From: Trueperaceae bacterium
GTDB taxonomy: Bacteria; Deinococcota; Deinococci; Deinococcales; Trueperaceae
Assembly: GCA_965213925.1 (NCBI GenBank)
Contig: OZ243927.1
Location: 2,784,001-2,848,000 of the forward strand
Direction: 5' to 3'
DNA length: 64,000 nt
The notes beneath the pieces were generated by a model, which saw nothing but the letters and a program-made list of their open reading frames with translations, was not told the DNA's origin and ran no database searches. Shown in pieces: positions 20,223 to 29,860 of the stretch (position 1 is its first letter; each line of letters starts with the position of its first letter). The translations under genes and the position numbers were made by a program.

Positions 20223-21080
20223 ATGCAGCGAAGCAAACTCGTTCCCTATACCTTTTTGCTCCCCTATCTCCTCGTCTTTATCCTCTTCTGGGCCTGGCCG
20301 ATTCTCAACTCGTTCTACCTCTCCTTTTTAGATACGCGCAGCGTGCCGAGTACGTTGGAGCCCGGCGTCAACTGGGGACGGCTCCTCAGTGACCCCTTCT
20401 TCCATCAGGCGCTTTGGAACACGCTCATCATCTTGTTCGTTCAGGTTCCCGTCATGTTGGCGCTCGCCACCTCTCTCGCGGTGGCGCTCAACTCGCCCCT
20501 CTTAAAGCTGAGCGGCTTTTTCCGCTTCGCGTTCTTCGCGCCCGTTGTGGTCGGCGCGGTTGCGTATTCCGCCGTGTTTCGGCTCCTTTTCAACGACCAG
20601 AACGGCGCGGTCAACACGGCGCTCGGTGGGCTCGGGCTGCCGACTCCCGATTGGCTCAACACGCCCGGTCCCGCCTTTTTCCTCATCCTCTTGACGGTCA
20701 CGTGGCGCTGGACGGGTTACAACGCCATCATCATCTTGGCGGGCCTGCAAAACGTCCCGCTCGAGCTTTACGAAGCGGCGAAAATCGATGGCGCGAACGC
20801 CTGGCAGCAGTTCTGGGGCATCACCGTGCCGATTCTGCGCCCAATTCTACTCTTCGCCTTCGTCTTGTCGGTTATCGGCACGATGCAGCTTTTCACCGAG
20901 CCTTTCCTCATCACCGAGGGCGGGCCGGGCGACGCCACGCTGACGTTGGGCGTCTATCTCTACCAGCAGGGCTTTCGCTCCTTTAACTTCGGGTACGCCT
21001 CGGCTATCGGTTACACGATTGCGCTTTTAGCGGTGTTCTTCTCCGTCATTCAGCTCAGGCTGTTTGGGAGGGAATCGTGA
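20223..21080 (+). CDS. Carbohydrate ABC permease
   Basis: EAA loop LYEAAKIDGA. Confidence 0.92.
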   Translation: MQRSKLVPYTFLLPYLLVFILFWAWPILNSFYLSFLDTRSVPSTLEPGVNWGRLLSDPFFHQALWNTLIILFVQVPVMLALATSLAVALNSPLLKLSGFFRFAFFAPVVVGAVAYSAVFRLLFNDQNGAVNTALGGLGLPTPDWLNTPGPAFFLILLTVTWRWTGYNAIIILAGLQNVPLELYEAAKIDGANAWQQFWGITVPILRPILLFAFVLSVIGTMQLFTEPFLITEGGPGDATLTLGVYLYQQGFRSFNFGYASAIGYTIALLAVFFSVIQLRLFGRES

Positions 21081-21907
21081 AGCGCACGCGCCTCATCAAC
21101 AGCATCTGGCTGCACCTCTTCATCGTGCCGTTAGCACTCCTCTGGCTGGCCCCGCTCTGGCTCATGTTCATCTTTTCGACTATCGAGGAGACGCGGATTT
21201 TCAGCACACCCGTGCCGCTCTTACCTGGCGGTAACTTTCTCGTCAACTTCCGAGACCTGCAAGCGGACACGAACTTCGTGCGGGCGCTCCTCAACAGCGT
21301 AGTGATTTCGGGGCTTTACACGCTCTTGTCGCTCCTTTTAACGAGCATGGGTGGTTACGCTTTCGCCCGCTTTCAATTCTTTGGACGTACCGCGATTTTC
21401 ACCATCGTCATCGCCACCTTGACGATTCCTTACTTCGTCGTGGTGATTCCGCAGTATATTTTGGTGGCTCGAGAATTCAGCCTCACCAACTCGTACGTCG
21501 GCGTCGTCTTGCCCCTTCTGGCAAACTCTTTAGGCATCTTTTTCATGCGGCAGAACTTCATGAGCCTGCCGCAAAGCCTTTTGGACGCGGCCAGGGTGGA
21601 CGGCGCGGGCGAATACCGCATCTTCTTTCAAATCGCGCTGCCCTTGGTACGTTCGGCGCTAGCAGCACTCGGCATCATCCTCTTTTTAACCGCCTGGAAC
21701 GATTATTTATGGCCGCTCCTTATCCTGACCGAGAAGGAGATGTACACCGCGCCCGTCGCGCTCGGCACGCTTTTAGGACTCACACGGGTCTCGTGGGGCG
21801 GCATCATGGTCGGGGCGGTCTTGATGACTGTGCCTTTTTTGATCCTCTTTCTCACCTTGCAGCGTTACTTCGTCGCGGGGATTACGGCGGGGGCGGTGAA
21901 GGATTAG
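21077..21907 (+). CDS. Carbohydrate ABC permease
   Basis: DAARVDGA, WNDYLWP and GAVK motifs. Confidence 0.92.
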   Translation: MKRTRLINSIWLHLFIVPLALLWLAPLWLMFIFSTIEETRIFSTPVPLLPGGNFLVNFRDLQADTNFVRALLNSVVISGLYTLLSLLLTSMGGYAFARFQFFGRTAIFTIVIATLTIPYFVVVIPQYILVAREFSLTNSYVGVVLPLLANSLGIFFMRQNFMSLPQSLLDAARVDGAGEYRIFFQIALPLVRSALAALGIILFLTAWNDYLWPLLILTEKEMYTAPVALGTLLGLTRVSWGGIMVGAVLMTVPFLILFLTLQRYFVAGITAGAVKD

Positions 21908-21923
21908 CAGTTAAACTGAAGGG

Positions 21924-22352
21924 ATGCAGTTACGCGAAGCGACAGCGGATGATTTAGACCTTCTGGCGAGGATGAACCACCAGCTCATTAAGGACGAAAA
22001 GAGCCCCAATCCGATGGGCGTAGAGCAGCTCCTTGAGCGGATGTGGGGGTGGCTCGAGATGGGCTATCACGCTGTCCTCTTCAAGCGCGCGGATGAGGTC
22101 ATCGGCTACGCGCTCTATAGGTTCGAAGATGAAACCCTTAGAGAACAGCGTGTCGTCTATCTGCGGCAATTTTTCATCGAACGAGCGTACAGAGGACAAG
22201 GTCTGGGGCGACAGGCTTTTCAGGAACTTCGGCGAGACTTTTTCGAAGAGGCGCAGGTGAGGCTCGAGGTCCTCACCGCCAACTCAAATGGCTCAGCCTT
22301 TTGGAAACGTTTAGGCTTCGAACCCTATGCGGTGACAATGGCGCTAAGGTAG
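21924..22352 (+). CDS. GNAT N-acetyltransferase
   Basis: YRGQGLG and FWKRLGF motifs. Confidence 0.85.
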   Translation: MQLREATADDLDLLARMNHQLIKDEKSPNPMGVEQLLERMWGWLEMGYHAVLFKRADEVIGYALYRFEDETLREQRVVYLRQFFIERAYRGQGLGRQAFQELRRDFFEEAQVRLEVLTANSNGSAFWKRLGFEPYAVTMALR

Positions 22353-22559
22353 CGTTGCTCCGCGCACTCGGTAAAGGCGGGGCGCAGCAACGCCGCCGCG
22401 TTGCTGGCAGCGACCTCACCTACCACGTCGGATAGGAGTGTCGATACGAAAAGGCCGTGCTAGACGTTATGTGTCCGAGATCAGCATGAGCGAACAGCAA
22501 AACAGGCATAGTAGAAACCAGATGACACTTTATACGAAACTCGAGGCTAGGGGGCTACA

Positions 22560-23405
22560 ATGTCTAGACGCTTAGGTCGAAAAGGGCGCGTACTCGCCGC
22601 GTTGTGGTTGGGCGTCGGGCTCTACGTTGTATTTGTCATGACAGGTGCGCGTATCAGCGAACAGAGCGATGTTGACGTTTTAGGCTTCTTGGCAGACGAT
22701 ACCTACCCAAGCGTGGAGGAGGTCGTCACCCAAAACCGGACGCAGCTCATGATGGTGAGCGCTACAACGCCCTCCAAACCTCTTTTACCCGACCTCGTCG
22801 CCCATCCGCCTAGCGACTTGGGTTTGGTTGGCTCGAGCGCAGAAGATACCTTGCGCCTCAAATTCACCACACGTTTTAGCAATCAGGGTGAGGGTCCTTT
22901 GGAGGTCCGCCCTGAAAGTGACGACAGCCCAACCCTTTTGCAAATCGTCTACAGCGCCGACCCCGACGCGCCCCTTGACAAACGCGCAGGCGTCGGACAC
23001 TACACCTTTGAGCAGCGGCACGGACACCTCCACATTGACAGCTTCGCTCACTACGAACTCTGGTCGGTAGATGAGCAGGGCGAGTTAGAAGAGGCGCTCG
23101 TTTCCAACCCCAAGGTGGGTTTTTGTCTCATCGACGCCGAAATCGCCGACCCTGAGATGACCTCCAAAGCGATGCAGGTCTACTGGGGCTGCCGCAGCGA
23201 GGTGCAGGGGCTTTCGCCCGGCTGGGGCGACGTGTACACCGCGCAACTCGCCATGCAGGATTTGAACGTCAGTGGGCTCCCCGACGGGCGCTACGCGCTG
23301 GTCAACGTCATCAACGTTCAAAAGAGCCTCTTAGAGAGCGACTACTCGAACAACCGGGCGTGGGTTTATCTGAGCATCGAGGACGGGAGGTTGCAGCTCG
23401 AGTAA
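22560..23405 (+). CDS. Membrane-anchored lysyl oxidase-like protein
   Basis: HGHLH, KVGFCLID, QGLSPGWGDVY and ESDYSNN motifs; N-terminal TM. Confidence 0.8.
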   Translation: MSRRLGRKGRVLAALWLGVGLYVVFVMTGARISEQSDVDVLGFLADDTYPSVEEVVTQNRTQLMMVSATTPSKPLLPDLVAHPPSDLGLVGSSAEDTLRLKFTTRFSNQGEGPLEVRPESDDSPTLLQIVYSADPDAPLDKRAGVGHYTFEQRHGHLHIDSFAHYELWSVDEQGELEEALVSNPKVGFCLIDAEIADPEMTSKAMQVYWGCRSEVQGLSPGWGDVYTAQLAMQDLNVSGLPDGRYALVNVINVQKSLLESDYSNNRAWVYLSIEDGRLQLE

Positions 23406-23407
23406 CC

Positions 23408-24433
23408 TCACCGCTTAGCGCCACAAGATTTGCGAATAACGAGTTCGGCGTTGCCGATATGAATATTTCGCTCGTCGGGCACGTCACCTCGGACGAGCTG
23501 AATCAAGACTTCACCCGCCCGCCGTCCTTGCTCTTTGGGATGGGTTCGTACGGTGGTGAGCGGCGGCGCGGCGTACGCCGCCGTCGGAATGTCGTCGTAG
23601 CCAACAATCGCGATGTCTTGAGGGATGTGCAAACCGCGCTCATGAATCGCCGCCATCGCCCCTAGCGCAACCGTGTCGTTACCGGCAAAAAGCGCCGTGA
23701 AAGGCGGCGCGTCATCTAGCAGCGACACCATCGCCTCATACCCGCTTTGAGCGCTCAGCCCGCCGTAGCGCACGAGCGCGTCGTCCACAGGCAAGTCAGC
23801 GTCTTCGAGCGTCTGCCGGTAAACATTCAACCTGTCGAGTGACCCGTGATACGAAGTAGGCGCGTAGGTGATGTGCGCGACGCGCTCATGACCCAAACCG
23901 ATGAGATGATCCACCGCATCTTTCATGCGCGAAGGCTGCGTAATTGTGTACGCCCCCGGATGCTCGACGTCGTCTACAAAAACCAGTGGAAAGCCAGAGC
24001 CGATGAGTTCGCTCTGCACGCTCACATCCTCTAAGCGCGGATTGAGTACGATCAAGCCGTCGATCTGTCTCGCAGCGATGAGCGAAAGATACGCATCACC
24101 ACTACTCGCCCGCATCCCTTCAACGATGACGCGAAACCCGCGCTCGTTGCACGCGGCAGTCAGCCCGTAAAGAAGCTGCGGGATAAAAGCGTCCACCTCT
24201 AAGTGATGAGGGTCGGGCAAAAGCAGCCCGAGCGTGCGCGTCAGCCCGCTTGCTAAGGTGCGGGCCGCCGAGTTGGGAACGTAGCCGAGTTCGCGGGCCG
24301 CCTTGATAACGCGCGCCCGCGTCTCCTTAGGAATCGTCTCGACCAAAGGCGCGTCGTTTAGGACAAATGAAACCGTCGTACGAGACACACCTGCGCGGGC
24401 GGCGACTTGTTGACTGGTGATGCGTTTTTTCAT
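23408..24433 (-). CDS. LacI-family transcriptional regulator
   Basis: VAARAGVSRTTVSFVLN HTH; GYDD..PPLTTV. Confidence 0.95.
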   Translation of the reverse strand: MKKRITSQQVAARAGVSRTTVSFVLNDAPLVETIPKETRARVIKAARELGYVPNSAARTLASGLTRTLGLLLPDPHHLEVDAFIPQLLYGLTAACNERGFRVIVEGMRASSGDAYLSLIAARQIDGLIVLNPRLEDVSVQSELIGSGFPLVFVDDVEHPGAYTITQPSRMKDAVDHLIGLGHERVAHITYAPTSYHGSLDRLNVYRQTLEDADLPVDDALVRYGGLSAQSGYEAMVSLLDDAPPFTALFAGNDTVALGAMAAIHERGLHIPQDIAIVGYDDIPTAAYAAPPLTTVRTHPKEQGRRAGEVLIQLVRGDVPDERNIHIGNAELVIRKSCGAKR

Positions 24434-24473
24434 GGGGTGAGGTGAAGGTAATCAGTCATGAGGTAGGAAAGTC

Positions 24474-24546
24474 GAAAGCAATGAGCAACGAGCAATGAGT
24501 GAAAATCTTTAGGCTCATTGCTCGTTGCTCGTAACTCATTGCTGCT
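24474..24546. repeat. GCAAYGA-heptamer palindromic element, no nested module
   Basis: (GCAAYGA)x3 ... TCATTGC/TCGTTGC arms. Confidence 0.8.
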
Positions 24547-24547
24547 C

Positions 24548-25912
24548 TTATGCTAACACACCCTCCTTCTCCCGCAGTCCCTCCGGTATATAGTCCCCGT
24601 GCGCTTCGATGAGGTCGTCCACCAAGTTCCAAATCTCATCCAAACTTAGTTCGGCGGAGGTGTGCGGGTCGAGCATCGCCGCGTGGTAGATGTGCTCGCG
24701 GTTGTTCGTCAAAACCGCTTCGACACTCAAGGCTTGCACGTTGATGTTAGTCTGCATCAGCGCGGCCAAGTGCGGTGGGAGTGCGCCGATTTTGGTCGGT
24801 TGGACGCCGTTTTTATCCACCACGCAAGGGACTTCGACAACGCAGCCATTCGGCAAGTTGTCGATGAGATTGTCGTTTTGCACGTTGCCGTAGACGACGC
24901 TGGGAGTGCCGGTTTCGAGCGAATGAATGATCGTCGAGCCGTACTCATGAGAGCGCTCGACTTTAAGCTCTGCATTCGGGTTCTCGAGCTTTTCTTTCAT
25001 CTCGTGCCAGCCCTCAATCTGCCGCTCACAGCGCGTGAGGTACTCGTCTAAAGGAATGTCATATTCCTCCAACAAATCCTCGCGCCCCTCCTTGATAAAC
25101 CAGGGCGTGTACTCGCTGAAGTGCTCGCTCGATTCGGTCACGAAGTAGCCTAAACGCTTGAACATCTCGTAACGCACCGCGTCGCTGAGCCCCCTCGTCC
25201 CGCCGTCCGTCCGGTCAGCGTGACCGCGCATCGGAACCTTGCCGCTTTGCGCGACCTCACGAATTTTCGGGTAGAGGTCTTCGCCGTTACGTTCAAACTT
25301 GAGGTAAAACGCCACGTGGTTGATGCCCGCGCAGAGGTAGTTGACCTCTCCAATCGGCACGCCGATGTCGCCCGCTAGCTGCTCCGCCGTCCCTTGCACG
25401 CTGTGACAGAGACCTATGGTGTTAATTGTCGAGGCGCGGTTCATCGCGAGGCAGTTCATGACCATCGGGTTGACGTAGTTGAGGTGCGTCACCTCGGGGC
25501 AGAGTTGTTCCATCTCTTGGGTCATCTCGAGAAACACCGGGATCGTGCGCACCGCCCGCATGATGCCGCCGATGCCCAATGTGTCCCCAATGGTTTGCCG
25601 CAGCCCGTACTTTTTGGGGATGTCGAAGTCAGTCACAGTCGCAGGTTTATAGCCGCCCACCTGAAACATACTGATGGCGTAGTCGGCGCTGTCTAACGCA
25701 CGCTGGCGGTCTAGCGTCGTCTCAATCTTAGGCTTGACGCCCAAAATATCCGCGATCTTGTGCGCGACGACTTCGGACGTTTTAAGCCTCTCTTCATTGA
25801 TGTCGAACAAAGTCAGGGTGGACTCGGCGAGTTCGGGGTAGGACAAGATATCGCCGATGAGGTTTTTGGCGAAGACGGTACTGCCTGCGCCGATCAGGGT
25901 AATTTTAGGCAT
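24548..25912 (-). CDS. melA: GH4 alpha-galactosidase
   Basis: KITLIGAGS, QTIGDTLGIGGIMR, NYVNPM, GLCHSVQ and TESSEHFSEY motifs. Confidence 0.92.
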   Translation of the reverse strand: MPKITLIGAGSTVFAKNLIGDILSYPELAESTLTLFDINEERLKTSEVVAHKIADILGVKPKIETTLDRQRALDSADYAISMFQVGGYKPATVTDFDIPKKYGLRQTIGDTLGIGGIMRAVRTIPVFLEMTQEMEQLCPEVTHLNYVNPMVMNCLAMNRASTINTIGLCHSVQGTAEQLAGDIGVPIGEVNYLCAGINHVAFYLKFERNGEDLYPKIREVAQSGKVPMRGHADRTDGGTRGLSDAVRYEMFKRLGYFVTESSEHFSEYTPWFIKEGREDLLEEYDIPLDEYLTRCERQIEGWHEMKEKLENPNAELKVERSHEYGSTIIHSLETGTPSVVYGNVQNDNLIDNLPNGCVVEVPCVVDKNGVQPTKIGALPPHLAALMQTNINVQALSVEAVLTNNREHIYHAAMLDPHTSAELSLDEIWNLVDDLIEAHGDYIPEGLREKEGVLA

Positions 25913-25933
25913 ATTGACTCCTTTGAAGAGTAG

Positions 25934-25947
25934 CTAACACGCGTTAT
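25934..25947. promoter_or_regulatory. Putative LacI operator CTAACACGCGTTAT upstream of melA
   Basis: Near-palindrome with central CG; 13/14 match to the reverse complement of 31831-31844. Confidence 0.6.
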
Positions 25948-25963
25948 AAGCCGCGCTCGTCCA

Positions 25964-26752
25964 TTACTCAATCATATGAGGGGTGGAGGAGGGCGCTTCC
26001 GAACGACGTTGCGCTAAGAGCGTTGACAGTTGGGTGTTTGCCGCCAAGAGGAGCAGCGCAAATTCGCCCACGTTCCACCAGAAGTGAATAGCAACTCTGG
26101 ACGCCGTCGTCAGCCCCGCAATGCGTCCGCAAAGCGAACTATAGGCGAGCCAGCCGTTTTTGCCCAAAATACCGGGGAGCCCTTGCGCCGAATCGAACAG
26201 CGGCAGACCGAGCGCTCTTAGCTCTACAACGACTTGGATATAGCGAACGAGCAGATAGGTGTGCTCCAGGCTATGCGCCGTCGCCCAAACTATCAGCGCC
26301 CAGCCCCACACGCCGCGCATCCCGCGCATGAACAGAAATAAGCAGCAGCCCCACACGAGCCAGTTCCAAGTGAAGTGAATCCACTCGGCGTTCGCCGCGA
26401 CGATCAACCCGAGCGAGCGAGCCGAGGTCCAATCCAAGAGGTAGTACTGGACGACTTGGGCGGCGTGCTCGAGCATATGAAAGCTCTGCAAGAGGAGGAG
26501 TACGCTCAGCACTACCGCCGTAGGACCGAACGCCCTGGCGTCGTCGCGCCACTTGAGTACGGCGGGTACGGCGACGATGCCTAGTGCGATAAGCGTGGCG
26601 TTGGAAAGAGATACGTTCCAGCCGTTGACCAACACGCCCCACACTATCGTCGCCGCCGCGCCGCTTAGTACGCTCAGCATAAACCAGCGTCCGGGGTCGA
26701 GTAGCGTGAGGAGAGGAATGGACGGACGAGACCGCCTGACTTGCACGCTCAT
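25964..26752 (-). CDS. Polytopic membrane protein with duplicated HxxEH...HFxWN motifs
   Basis: FHMLEH..EWIHFTWN and AHSLEH..AIHFWWN; about 7 hydrophobic segments. Confidence 0.75.
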   Translation of the reverse strand: MSVQVRRSRPSIPLLTLLDPGRWFMLSVLSGAAATIVWGVLVNGWNVSLSNATLIALGIVAVPAVLKWRDDARAFGPTAVVLSVLLLLQSFHMLEHAAQVVQYYLLDWTSARSLGLIVAANAEWIHFTWNWLVWGCCLFLFMRGMRGVWGWALIVWATAHSLEHTYLLVRYIQVVVELRALGLPLFDSAQGLPGILGKNGWLAYSSLCGRIAGLTTASRVAIHFWWNVGEFALLLLAANTQLSTLLAQRRSEAPSSTPHMIE

Positions 26753-28368
26753 CTCGTGACCTCTTGTCTTGTGACGGTTAAGAGCGTATGTGCAGAGAGG
26801 TCAGTGAGCGTCGAGACCGCACCGTCAGTCCAGAGGATGTCCAGATGTGAAAGCGAGGCGTCTTCAGGGATGCCTAAGTGGATTCTAGGAGCGTCCCCGC
26901 TCAGATAGCCGCTGCCACTTTTGATCTCTCGAGTCAACGTCCCTTCACTCGTGTGGAGTTTAAGCGTTGCACCTAAGCCCCGAGTATTTTTATCCGATTG
27001 AAAGAGGTCAAGCTCGAGCCCCGCCCCACCGCACAGTTGATTTTCAAAGAGAACAGCAGGCGACTCCAAGTTATTCACAACGATGTCCAAATCCCCGTCG
27101 TTATCCATATCCGCCATCGTCATGCCGCGTCCCCCTTCCCGCGCATTCAAGTTCCATTCGGGCACCGGTTCGAAACCTTGCTTCGTGTTTCTAAAGACCT
27201 GATTCTCTTCGACGAGTTCATCATTTGGCAAGTGCGCAAAGACCTCGTTCGCCCGCATTCCGTTGACCACGTAGAGGTCCAGACGCCCGTCGTTGTCGAG
27301 GTCGCCAAACTTGCCCGCCCAACTCCAGCCCGTCGCGTCAAGTTTATAGGTATAAGCGAGGTTTTCGAAGCCGCCTTCCGTGCGGCTATAAAGCACGTTT
27401 TCTTCAGTTTGAACTTTTTTGCTAACGTTGCGCTGATAGCTCTTTTCCATCAAGGGCATCCAGGCGGCTAAGGCTTTAGGGTCAGAAAAGTCGGGCTTCA
27501 TGTCGGTAGCGAACAGCTCGAGCCGCCCGTCATTATCCACGTCGCCTGTGTCGAAGCTCATCGTATTGCGTGTCGTGGTTTCGAAGGGTGACACCTCTTG
27601 CCAGCCTTCCGGCGTATTCAGATAGGCATAGTCCGGCACTTCGAAGTCGTTCCCTACCAAAATATCGCGTTTGCCGTCTTCGTCAATATCGAAGAGCGTG
27701 ACAGCGAGCGCTTGCGAACGCTCAGCGAGCCTCGTTTCCAAGAATCCATCCGGCGTGTTCTCGTAGACAAAGACGCCCGCACCGCTCGAGAACAAAAAGC
27801 TATCTCTCAGGTCTTTCTCCAGAAGCGAATCATATGACGCCGTTGCAAGGTCCAAGTCGCCGTCCGCGTCAAGGTCATCCCAAAGCATCGTATACGCCTT
27901 TTGCGTGACGCCTTTTAGAACGCTTCGTTCGAACCTACCCTGAACGTTTTTCCAATAGCTGAGCGAGCCCAAACTCTGCGTGAAGACGAGGTCGAGCCAC
28001 CCATCGCCGTTCACATCCACGAGGGTGACGGCTCTCGAGTCGCCGTGCGTCAGCGCCTCCTCGCGAAACGACAAACCGCCCTCGTTCCAGAAAATCGCGT
28101 TGTCGCCGTCTAAGTTAGCGAGGACAAGCTCCAAGTCGCCGTCATTGTCCAGGTCGCCTACTGCTACCCCTGCGCCGTTGGAGTCGTAGTAGGTGACCTC
28201 TTCGCCGTGAGCGCGAGTGATGTGGTCCAAAGGGTGCTTAATAAAAGTATCAGCGCATGAACTTATGTTTAACGGCGTCACCTCAACACCGACAGGTACG
28301 GTTTGCGCGTAGGTAAGCGTCATTAGAGCGAGTCCTACAAAGAGTGAGAATAGCGTGCGCGTCATCAT
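26749..28368 (-). CDS. CRTAC1 family protein (FG-GAP/VCBS repeats plus ASPIC-UnbV domain), secreted
   Basis: Repeated GDLDNDGDLD/DLYV motifs, C-terminal GSGYLSG...HLG..I.W.DG, signal peptide. Confidence 0.88.
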   Translation of the reverse strand: MMTRTLFSLFVGLALMTLTYAQTVPVGVEVTPLNISSCADTFIKHPLDHITRAHGEEVTYYDSNGAGVAVGDLDNDGDLELVLANLDGDNAIFWNEGGLSFREEALTHGDSRAVTLVDVNGDGWLDLVFTQSLGSLSYWKNVQGRFERSVLKGVTQKAYTMLWDDLDADGDLDLATASYDSLLEKDLRDSFLFSSGAGVFVYENTPDGFLETRLAERSQALAVTLFDIDEDGKRDILVGNDFEVPDYAYLNTPEGWQEVSPFETTTRNTMSFDTGDVDNDGRLELFATDMKPDFSDPKALAAWMPLMEKSYQRNVSKKVQTEENVLYSRTEGGFENLAYTYKLDATGWSWAGKFGDLDNDGRLDLYVVNGMRANEVFAHLPNDELVEENQVFRNTKQGFEPVPEWNLNAREGGRGMTMADMDNDGDLDIVVNNLESPAVLFENQLCGGAGLELDLFQSDKNTRGLGATLKLHTSEGTLTREIKSGSGYLSGDAPRIHLGIPEDASLSHLDILWTDGAVSTLTDLSAHTLLTVTRQEVTR

Positions 28369-28417
28369 AAGAGGAGATGGGGCGTGCTGAGAGCACGCCC
28401 TGTCAACGTGTCATCTA

Positions 28418-29707
28418 CTAGAAGAGACCGTTGATCTCTTCGTTGGCTGCGGGCAGCGCCGTCTCCGGCTCGACTTGACCGAGCAAGATGCTCTGCATGG
28501 TGCGCGTCATGATCTCGTCCACCTGCGCAGCGTAGTCGGTGACGGGGAAGAGGAACGTCGCCCCTTCGATTTCGGTGAGGTCGGAGAACGCGGTCACATC
28601 TACGCCCTTCTCCTCAAACGCCGCCACTGCGGTATCGACGGCCGACTCCACCGCCGGAAAGACCACCGCGTATGAAGCGACGACATCTTGACACTCGGGC
28701 GAAGCTAAGAACTTGACCCACGCCCACGCCGCCTCTTGGTTATCCGTGCCCGCCCAGATGGAGTCCGCAAGCCCGTTGAACATGCTCTTCTTACCTTCAG
28801 GACCAGCAGGAACGTAGGCGAAGCCAACCGGAAACTCGGCGCTGTTGATGTTCGTGCCGATGTTCCAGCTTCCGTCGGTGAGCGTGGCTCCTCTACCTGC
28901 GGCGAAGAGCGCATTTTTACCGAGCGCGTTGACCTCTTCAAAGGTGGGCGCGAAGCCCCGCTCGACGAGGCTCTGATACCCCGCGATGGTGGCGATAAAG
29001 CGCGGGTCGCTGTAGTTGTATTCCTCGGCGTAGAGGTCGTCGATGAAGTTCCAACCCGTCGAGGCGGCAAAGGACGCCCACTGCGTCTGCCCGTTGAAGT
29101 TCGCGCCGTCGGAGGCTAAGTAGCCGTACTGCTCGACGTTTCTGGGGTCAAAGTCGGGCGAGAGACCGTTGTTGCCGTTCGCGTCGATAGAGAGCCGCGC
29201 GACGATGTCGGTAAAGGTACCGCCGTCTTCGGGGTTCCAGGTGGCGTTGTTGAGTTCTTCCGCCGTGACGCCTGCCGCTTCCAACATCTGCTCGTTGTAG
29301 ACCACCGCGATGGTGTCCCAGTCTTTAGGAAGCCCGAAGCGCTCGCCGTCACGAGTCCAGAGTTCAGCTAAGTCGCCGACGTAGATGTCCGTCGGCACGC
29401 CGTCCGCCTCGACGAGCGGCTGAATATCCACGAGTTGACCGTTCGCCGCGAGTTCCGGGTAGCGGGCTAGATGGTTGGTGAAGACGTCAGGCGCAGTCCC
29501 CGAGACCATGCCCGTGGTGATGCCGCCCCAGTAGTCACCCCAGCCCTGCTGCGTAATCTGGACTTGAATGTCGGAATTTTGCTCCATGAAGATGTTCGCG
29601 CATTCCTGATACGCGGGCTGTTGGTTGGCGTCCCAGAGCCAATAGTCGATCTGTTGGGCGAAGGCTGCGCCTGTAGCGAGCGTAGCGGCGGTTAAAAACT
29701 TCTTCAT
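28418..29707 (-). CDS. Sugar ABC substrate-binding protein
   Basis: Signal peptide, YWLWDANQ, APDVF and GLPKDWD. Confidence 0.9.
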   Translation of the reverse strand: MKKFLTAATLATGAAFAQQIDYWLWDANQQPAYQECANIFMEQNSDIQVQITQQGWGDYWGGITTGMVSGTAPDVFTNHLARYPELAANGQLVDIQPLVEADGVPTDIYVGDLAELWTRDGERFGLPKDWDTIAVVYNEQMLEAAGVTAEELNNATWNPEDGGTFTDIVARLSIDANGNNGLSPDFDPRNVEQYGYLASDGANFNGQTQWASFAASTGWNFIDDLYAEEYNYSDPRFIATIAGYQSLVERGFAPTFEEVNALGKNALFAAGRGATLTDGSWNIGTNINSAEFPVGFAYVPAGPEGKKSMFNGLADSIWAGTDNQEAAWAWVKFLASPECQDVVASYAVVFPAVESAVDTAVAAFEEKGVDVTAFSDLTEIEGATFLFPVTDYAAQVDEIMTRTMQSILLGQVEPETALPAANEEINGLF

Positions 29708-29778
29708 TACTTCCTCCTTAGAATTGCAAGCTCCCTACGTAAAAGGTGATGTGGGAGGGATTGCTAGAAATGAGCAAC

Positions 29779-29860
29779 TCAGCATTTCAGCGTGTCAGCA
29801 TTTCAGCTAGTCAGGAAAATCTAAAACCTGAAATGCTGACGTGCTGACTAGCTGACACGC
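29779..29860. repeat. Palindromic element of 8-mer TCAGC-nnn units
   Basis: TCAGCATT TCAGCGTG TCAGCATT TCAGCTAG ... GCTGA arms; inverted homolog of 12156-12228. Confidence 0.75.

Noticed and set aside
19949..20392. 147-aa ORF between the SBP and permease genes
   Set aside because: It runs through a palindromic repeat and overlaps the permease out of frame.
26749..28368. UnbV-like gene as evidence of an enediyne cluster
   Set aside because: No PKS, thioesterase or other enediyne cassette genes; the context is sugar uptake.
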